DNA of 64,000 nt from Octopus vulgaris (taxonomy: Eukaryota), in the NCBI GenBank assembly GCA_951406725.2, contig OX597826.1, forward strand, positions 16,554,001-16,618,000. The letters run 5' to 3'. Positions 55,424 to 64,000 of the stretch are shown here, piece by piece. Every line of letters starts with the position of its first letter. Within the stretch, counting starts at the first letter, position 1. The translations under genes and the position numbers were made by a program. A model generated the notes under the pieces. It ran no database searches, was not told where the DNA came from, and saw only the letters and a program-made list of their open reading frames with translations.

Positions 55424-56050
55424 GAATTGTCTTTGCACAGCTTCTAACGCCAGAGATGTACTACCAGTGAACTAAGGTACCATCCATTACTTTTTGAGCA
55501 ACATCCGGAGTATTTGAGCGGTTCCAAGCAGTGTTGTTTTCTGCAGGCGCTCCACCCTTATCGCAGCCCCTATTTGTTGCATGTACTTCTCAAACTTTTT
55601 ACCCACAGTTCCCATGACTTCGATAGTTATTGGTACTACTACCATTTTGTCCAAGGACCACAACCGCTTAACCTCCCATGCTAAAATGTTATATATATCG
55701 ACTTATCTTTCTTCCTTATCGCATACCTTGTTGTCAGCTGGGTGTGCTATGTCTATCATCCAGCATCGTTTGCTTTCTGTCTCAATTAACACTATGTCTG
55801 GTTTCCTATTCTCTATCACATGGTCGCACTGAATCATAAAATGCCATAGGATCTTTGCTTTATCATTTTCGATTATGCCTTCGGGTTATGTTCGTAACGC
55901 TTTTTGCTCGGTCAAGTCCATACTTTTTTGGAAAGTGCCCAATGGACAATACGTGCTGTGTTGTCATGATGTCCCTCATATTCTTTCTGACTAGTGGGGT
56001 ATATGCCATACGATTTCACCATTTTGTCCACAAATTTAGCACCTATCACT
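55424..56050 (-). mobile_element. R4/Dong-like LINE 3' end (second subfamily)
   Basis: RHDNTARIVHWALS, KILWHF.IQCDHVIENRKPDIV, IDIAHP. 3' UTR gcgttagaagctgtgcaaaga is shared with 63219-63238. Confidence 0.88.
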
Positions 56051-56099
56051 TTCAGAGTTTTAAAACAAATAAATGGGGGGAGAGGAAAGAAAATTTAAA

Positions 56100-57720
56100 G
56101 TGACAATGCTCTTCTCAATACGTGTGACGTACCAGTTAAGATAATCTTTTGCAATTCCTGTATGGATGGTAAGCCAGGGATCATTCTTAAATGATTTTCA
56201 GTTCCTTTTTTGGCCATTCCAAGTGCTACTACAATCACTAGTATTGTAAACGACGTGAGATGCCACCTATTTTCGATTTCGATTAGCAGATCTTTAAATC
56301 TTTAAATATATTCCCATTTAATGCTGTAGTTCTCACAGCGACAATAAGAGTGGCGTGGCAGTGAAAGCAATATTTGTACATTTTGCAGAGATAGTAAACC
56401 AGGCATCTTTCTTCGATAAGTTCTAATTCTTTTTTTCATCATTCCTAGTTCTCCTACAATCACTGGTATTGAAACCGCCTTCAGATATCACGTTTATTCA
56501 ATTTCAATACGCAAATCTTCACATGTGCTGAACTTCTCAAATTCTTTTACCACAATATTATGATCACAGACTTCATTGCTTTGTATTTTGCAACAATATC
56601 CGGCTTATTGGCTTTGATAGTCCTCTCTGTATTTGCAGGGAAGTCCCGGACAATCGCTACATTTTCTCCCTCAGCTATAATGTCAGGGTATTACTTATAC
56701 CACTTGTCAACAGTTTTGATTTTATAATACCAACATACTAACCAGTGTAGATATTGACCAACTCTGGAATGTCTTGCTTCTTATACTGCTACTGCTAAAA
56801 CTTTATATCCAAAATTAAGTGGACCAGCTTCAATCTTATCATATGTCTTTGCTTTTATCATTAATTTTACTTTCATTCCGGCAACAGTTGCCATACTTCC
56901 TTCAAACTGTTCGACTTGGCTATCATTCACGAAATCAGTAGCAAATATTTTTCTCTCCTTCAAGATAGAAGGAAGTTCCGACGCCTCATTTTCTTTTCAA
57001 CTGATGTTAGCATCCAGTTGTTAGTCATTTCAAGATATTCGGTTCGTCCAATTCTGGTAGATTTGTAAGGAAATTTAAACAGGATCTAGCCTCCTCAAGC
57101 TCTGAGAAGGTAAAGATGATCCACGTCTGCATTTGGGTGATGCAGTTTTATTACATCTCAGCGGTTTACGAATTTTCTATTTTTCTTTTTTTTTTCACTG
57201 ATATTCCAGTTTAACACATTGAAGCTATAAGTAGCAACTGGAAACGCTAAAGAATCCATGGTTAGCACTTTATAACATGCATTTTGCTCATATTTCAGAA
57301 CTGCCCGAAATCTGCCATAACATTACAGCCTGATCTTGTAATTTCTGCTTGCATGCTAGATGCTAGAACCTTCATTTATTGCTAGCCATTTACAGGTTTT
57401 GTTGTGTGGACGCCCCCACACGATGAAGTTGGCTATCCCAATACGTAGATATAAAGGGAGAAGTTTAGACATCGGGAGTTGAGTAGAGGTCATCGGAAAA
57501 TACGATATAACAGGTTTGTTCTTGCTCAACTCTTTCAACATCTAACATGACTAAATTTGAGCTGGTTAATTTCCCTTTCTCGAAAGTGGCCTTAGCACAG
57601 TAATGAAGGCCTTAGTGCATCCCAATGTCATCATTGAATGATTTTACATTACGTAACAAGGCTTCATTATCTTATCATTTTATTTTGCTTGATCCTTGTA
57701 TGTCATCCGTATAAAATATA
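56100..57720 (-). mobile_element. R4/Dong-like LINE fragments (third block)
   Basis: HPNADVDHLYL (about 57110-57140), RHSRVGQYLHW, DFP..TERTIKANKPDIV, IPVIVG. Confidence 0.82.
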
Positions 57721-57792
57721 AGGCTTATTTTCTAGTCAATTTTATAATTTTATAACCATACACTGTTCTAAGTTCACTTGTAAGTGGTATTA

Positions 57793-58017
57793 GAGCTGGC
57801 AGAAACGTTAGCGCGCCGGGCGAAATGCCTAGCAGTATTTTGTCTGCCGCTACATTCTGAGTTCAAATTCCACCGAGGTCGACTTTACCTTTCATCCTTT
57901 CGGGGTCGATTAAATAAGTACCAGTTACGCACTGGGGTCAATGTAATCGACTTAATCGGTTTGTCTGTCCTTGTTTGTCTCCTCTATGTGTAGCCCCTTG
58001 TGGGCAGTTAAGAAATG
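57793..58017 (+). mobile_element. SINE family B, full-length, with 12-bp flanking direct repeat
   Basis: tRNA-like head gagctggcagaa.cgttagc...gagttcaaattcc; central gtcgactt..cctttcatcctttcggggtcgat...gtacc resembling a conserved metazoan SINE core domain; ggtattagagct at 57786-57797 and 58018-58029. Confidence 0.92.
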
Positions 58018-58032
58018 GGTATTAGAGCTTTT

Positions 58033-58066
<34 letters not shown>

Positions 58067-58591
58067 CATTTTTGGTATTTGCTTTTACAATGAGAATTTA
58101 TCCATTCATGATCTAAATTATTATCAAATATTTATTTATCAAGTTAACACAGAATTATTCATGTTTTAGCAGCTCAATAATAATGCCTTAAATAAAATCA
58201 AATGCTGTTATACAACAAAAAACACACTGGTTCATTTAGTTATTTATATTTACATTAATTATTACATAAAAAAGCAGATTTAATCATTTAATTGCTAAAT
58301 TGTTTACATAATATTGTTTCACTTCAGAATTTTTTTTAATTTAATTGTATAATAATAGTTTATTTATTCATTAACATAAAAGACTAACATTTTCCTCTTG
58401 ATTTAATTCTATGAAAATTATGCCATAATTATTAATAATAATTACTCATTTAAAAGTGTTCCTAACATTTGTACATTATATTGAAATTAGCAATGTCAAG
58501 TCTAGTTCTTCTCAAATGAAGCCAGCATTACGGAATGGCATGGGATTGTTATGCGGAACGCTGGTGTTTAACTTGCTCGTTGTTCTTCTAA

Positions 58592-58968
58592 TCTATATAT
58601 ACATATAAAGCTGAAGTTGTCTGTGTGTTCAACTAACACTATCTCCCCCGAGACCCTGCGGCGCAAGTTGACCAAAATTGAGTATATGATAGAGGAAAGC
58701 TTGCTCTTCATTCCGTGGAAGATCAAATTCAAATTGGACCATGTTAAGACCAAAAATTATTTACTGCAAAAAAGTAATTTTTTTCTATGAAAATCCCTAT
58801 GTTTTATGATTTTCTGACTGTTGTGTCGCCATTTTTCGGTGTATTTCAACCATAAAAATGTTCTCTTAAAGATAATAACTAGCTACATAATGCGAAAGTT
58901 TTACTTTTCAAAAATTCCATTTCTAAAGGGTCGAAACAAACCCGAGCGACACCGGGCAATACTGCTAG
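58592..58968 (+). mobile_element. Complete non-autonomous Helitron
   Basis: 5' A|TCTATATAT, 3' hairpin cccg...cggg (58941-58956) followed by CTAG|T; A/T insertion site. Confidence 0.88.
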
Positions 58969-60039
58969 TAATATCTAAATTTGATAAGATATTTATATTT
59001 TAAAAGGAAATTTAACATAACTCATGGAGATCCGGCAGATTTCATAACACATGGGGATCCGGTAGATTTCATTACGTAATTCTTCAATTCTTTTAGCATT
59101 TTATACAAATACATTTAACATAGGGGGCTTTGATCTGCACAATTATTTTAAACAAGAATTACATCTGAAGAGGATAGTTTAAGAAAATGTGAATCAAATT
59201 AACTGCACTATATTAGCAATAGCATAGTCAAGATGGTGTGACTAAATAGGTAGAATAGTATGTTGGCAAGGGGCCTAAACTATCGACGTTGAGAAGCACA
59301 AATCGTTGTTTTGCTGGAGCTTGCTGTGGGTAGCAACATGTGTAGACAGAACGGATGGAAGGAGGTAGTGAACACACTGACGAAACAAAATGTGTATTTC
59401 TGAGCACAATACACTTTTATTTGAACCTAGTATGTGAAAATAATTTTCAGCGATGTCCTATGTGAGTCTAATTAGTTCGTCCAATCGAGTATCGTAACTC
59501 TACCTCTGTATGTGAGCAAACAATCCAAGTGACGTCTTTCGGAGAACTGATTAATCTCCTGCTACCCACTTCCAAAATTCATGTAGTAAAAATTAGTTGG
59601 AAAACACACCAGTTACGAAGTAGCTCTTCTTAAGCAACCCTATCTTATTAGATCTCTCGAAATTTCCCCAATCCTTGAATTCTTTGAAAAATATAATTAC
59701 TCTTTTACAGATTTGTTTTCGGAACACATTGTAAGGATCAAAGAAATTGACTCCTATAAGTTTTATGATGATACTCATTCTTTCGTTCACTTTTATCATA
59801 GCAATAATTCATGGGAAAGTAAATAGCGGTTTATAAAGAACAGGATTTACCTTGTTCGAGCAGTTTATAGCATTTTAGGAGTATGCGTTCACATTCCTCT
59901 CATATCTTTAAAACATAGATTACATTTCAGTTTGTTTCGCGCTTTCACACTCAAACATGCATAACGACAAGCATAACAACACACACACACGCACGCACAC
60001 ACACACACGCACGCACACACACACACATAAAACCCCACT

Positions 60040-60247
60040 TATATATTCCAATAATTCTCATGACACATACGAAGGTAGCTACTAATTGAGGCTGGTTCAG
60101 ATATTAGCAAAATCGTATCACAATTGTTTCAACCATCTTGAGATATTTAGAAATTATTAGAAACATCAAACGACTCCGCTATATGCATGTGAATTGATAG
60201 ATGATAGGAATATGCATGAGTTTCTGTGTTAATGCATCGTTATCAAT
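60040..60247 (+). repeat. Interspersed repeat, copy 1 (unclassified)
   Basis: Closely similar to 63790-64000. Confidence 0.88.
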
Positions 60248-60699
60248 TAATAGATAACCTGTCGGATGCTAATAGAACTAATTTCATATATATATGCACA
60301 CCCACACACATATATGTCACCAAAGCCCTTTCTGTTATTATCACCTTGCTGCATCCCCATCAGCACCTTCATAGATCAAATTTGGCAAACAGGAAATGTG
60401 TTTGTAACCCAACTCAGGGATCAGACACACCAGCTAGATATTCATAGCAGCTTAAAACTTATTCAGTATGTGCTATCTATTATATTCCTCTGAAACATTC
60501 CCACTTTGTCATCCGGTATCTTCGTTATCGATAAGGTGCTTAAATTACATGTGTGCATGTGAGTGTGTATGTTTGTATGTATGCATTTTGTATGTATATA
60601 GGCATGCATGTATATATGTATGTATGCTTGCATACATGTATGCATGCATGTACGTATTTATGCATATATGTATGTGTATATACGAAAGGATGATGAAAA

Positions 60700-60881
60700 T
60701 TTTGTGAAAACGTATTGGTGTAACATCCTTCCGAGTTCGTTAACATGGCTCAAGAAACTGAATGTTCGCTGCAATAAGTGTGTGAATCTGAGAAGGCAAT
60801 ATGTTGATTAAAATCAGCATAAAATGATCATCCTGTCTTTTCTTTTACTCAAGGCCAGTAACTTTTCAACAACCCATCGTA
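60700..60881 (+). mobile_element. Mariner 3' end fragment
   Basis: LKKLNVRCNKCVNLRRQYVD* (cf. KL..RW.KCV...G.YVE*) followed by TIR-like aggccagtaacttttcaacaacccatcgTA. Confidence 0.75.
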
Positions 60882-60932
<51 letters not shown>

Positions 60933-61309
60933 GCATGTATATTTACATACATAACTACATTCATACATACTTACATACATACATACACACATACATACAT
61001 ATATACATACATACATACATACATACATATATCCTAGAAGCGTATCCCTCTCGTTGCCGAGCAATTTTCACAATGAAATGCTTTAGCGGACTTTCGGAAC
61101 AGCCCATCCACATAAGTTGGATTTTCTCGGGGGACTTAATCCAATTTATTTTTCACCACACTCTTGCAATTTATGGGGTGAGGCTTTTTATGACAATAAA
61201 TTGTTAAAAATATATTATTCCACCACTACCAGAAAAGCTTTTCATGAGAATAATATTTGAAAATTTTGGGGTTGATGACAATAATAAAAATACAAATCAT
61301 TCGTACAAT

Positions 61310-61632
61310 GGACACAAAAACTGAAATTTGGAGGAGAGGTTAAGTCGATTATATCGACCCCAGTGCGTACTTATTTCATCGACTCCCGAAAGGATGAAAG
61401 ACAAAGTTGATCTCGGTGTAATTTGAACTCAGAACTTAGCGGCAAACGAAATACCGGTAAGCATTTCACCCGGTGTGCTAACGATTCTGCCAGCTCACCG
61501 CCTTAATAATAATAACAACAAAAACAACAACAACAACAACAATAATAATAATAATCTTAATAATAATAACAACAACAATAATAATAATAATAATAATAAT
61601 AATGGTGATAATAATAAAAATAATAATGGTGA

Positions 61633-61690
<58 letters not shown>

Positions 61691-61875
61691 ATAGGCACAA
61701 GGCCTGAAATTTTAGGGGATGGGCCAGTCAATTATTTCGACCAAGTATCCAACTGTTACTTAACTTATCGACCGCGAAAGGATAAAAAGGAAAGGACCTC
61801 GGCGTAATTTGAACTCAGAATGTAAAGACAGACAAAATGCCGCTAAGCATGTTGGCCTGGTAGCTCGCCGCCTTA
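61310..61875 (-). mobile_element. Two SINE family B-related copies separated by (AAT/AAC)n
   Basis: 61310-61503 and 61690-61875 match the reverse complement of the family B head and core; microsatellite at 61504-61687. Confidence 0.85.
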
Positions 61876-61889
61876 ATAATGATAATACC

Positions 61890-63240
61890 TGCAGCGAGTG
61901 AGAAAAATATTGGTTTCAAAGTTGAATGTTAGAAACATAACTTCGGCTATAAATTCACGCGCAGTAACAGCATCCCGAAGTGGACAGAGGAGGAGATAAA
62001 AGAGATGGACAGGAAGTCAAGAAAGTCCTAACAAAGCATAGCGCCCATCATCCACGTGCAGACACTAATCACCCATACATGAAGAGAGCAACTGGAGAAA
62101 GAGATATCATAAGTGTGCAAGACTGCGTGCGAATCGAACTCGAGAGCTTAATGAGATACCTAGCCCAAAGTGAGGAATCTTTGCTAGTGACAGTTAGGAA
62201 CGAGGGAGTATTGAATGCAGAGAAAAAAGAAGGAAAAACAAAGGAAGAAATAAGAAAATGACATGAAGAAGAATTAAACAAGAAGAGACTACACAATCAA
62301 TTCCATGTAGCCACAACAGAAGCTGCTAAAAAAATCGGTGGGATTGGCTGCTGAAAGGAGCCCTAAAGAAAGAAACCGAGGGCATTATAATGGCAGTGCA
62401 GGGCACAGCACTGGTCAATGACTGGAGGGTCAACTTGAGGAATGAGCAAATGTCTTCGCTGTGCCGCATCTACAATATGCCCACATCACAAACGAATGCC
62501 CTAGATTTGTCCACAAAACCACCACAAGTTGAGGCGATACGACCAGGTAGCGAAAGTGCTACATTGGAAACTGTGCAAAAAGTGGGGGAGGGGCTAGAGA
62601 GAGAAGCATGGCATGCTATGAGGACAAACCGCTAAATGAATACTACTAAGCATTTCACCGGCATGCTACAGATTCTTCCAGGTCCCTGCCGACGCCATGA
62701 CAGTATAGGAAGGATTTCCATTGGACACTTTGTATGGACTTGAGAGAGCAAAAAAGCTCTACGAACATAAGCCCGAAGGCATCATCGGAAATTATAATGC
62801 GAAGAGCCTTTGACATTTTATGATTCAGTGTGGCCATGAGATAGAGAATAGGAAGCCAGACATAGTACTAAGTGAGAAAGAATGCAAACGATGCTGTATT
62901 CATAGATGTAGCATGTCAAGCTGACAATAACGTATTCGATAAGGAAGAAAGAAAAGTCGATAGATATGCCTTGTTAGCTTGGGAGGTTAAGCAGTTGTGA
63001 TCGATGAAAACCTTGGTAGTTGTATCAATAATTGTCGGAGCCCTGGGAACAGTAAGTAAAAATATTGAGATGAATATGGAACACATAGGGGAACAGATAA
63101 AGATGGAGCACTTGCACTACTTGGAACCGCTCGAATACTCCGGATAGTACTCGAAAAATAAGGGATGTTTCCTTAGTTCACTGGTAGTGAATAGCTGACA
63201 CTGTAGCAAATCTCCAGCGTTAGAAGCTGTGCAAAGAAAT
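61890..63240 (+). mobile_element. R4/Dong-like LINE 3' fragment
   Basis: HHPRADTNHPYMKRATGERD, WLLKGALKKETEG.IMA.Q, RRHD, IENRKPDIV, IDVAC, IIVGALG; ends in a (CTA)/(AAT) array. Confidence 0.88.
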
Positions 63241-63244
63241 AAAA

Positions 63245-63431
<187 letters not shown>

Positions 63432-63789
63432 TCCAAAAGAACATTGTGGGCGTGCTTCAGCAAGCTTCTTGTGAGATAACATTTGATCTGAGACCATGGC
63501 TAACATGCACTTCAGAAACCTCACTATTATTTCTTCATTATTGATAACAAATCTATTATTGATACCATTCACACACGCATACATACAAAATTCCAAAGTA
63601 TTAGCGAATTTCTTTTCCTATGAGCCAGTAATTTAATCATTTTAACCTCTCATATCGTCAACACACTGAGTACATTTGTTTCCTTTTTTGTTTCCTCACG
63701 ATATCACTAGAATACACATACACAAACACTTTAGCACACACACACATGTGTGTACGCACGCTTAAAAACACACGTACGCTCACGTATAC

Positions 63790-64000
63790 ACATATTTCAG
63801 TAATACTTATAGCACATACTGATGAAGTAGGTACTGATTGAGGCTGGTTCAGATATTAGCAAAATCTGATTACAATTGTTTCAACAATCTTGATATATTT
63901 AGAAATAATTAGAAACATCAAATGACTGCGCTGTATGCATGTAAATTTATAGATGATAGGAATATGCATGAGTTTCTGTGCTAATGCATCGTTATCAATT
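63790..64000 (+). repeat. Interspersed repeat, copy 2 (truncated by window end)
   Basis: Similar to 60040-60247. Confidence 0.88.

Noticed and set aside
59020-59075. 28-bp unit repeated twice (possible CRISPR-like)
   Set aside because: Simple tandem duplication with no spacers; eukaryotic context.

Overview
AT-rich eukaryotic (animal) non-genic or intronic DNA, saturated with microsatellites and decayed transposons. The SINE repertoire and microsatellite load look like a coleoid cephalopod (octopus-like), but that is an inference. I found no intact host gene; most ORFs in the track are microsatellite artefacts. Recognisable mobile DNA: Tigger/pogo, two mariners with TIRs plus a mariner 3' end, probable piggyBac and hAT fossils, a Helitron helicase fragment, a complete non-autonomous Helitron, a Penelope-like element (RT + GIY-YIG), several R4/Dong-like LINE fragments, single RTE and Tx1 LINE fragments, and several tRNA-derived SINE families. 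The most interesting signal is a set of five minimal type I hammerhead-ribozyme-like motifs in short non-coding repeats (8276, 21619, 21926/36037, 33733, 44242). They include a G3-C8 compensatory core variant, a stem II covariation between two copies, and one motif behind a Pol III tRNA head. All structures were parsed by eye and no activity is demonstrated.
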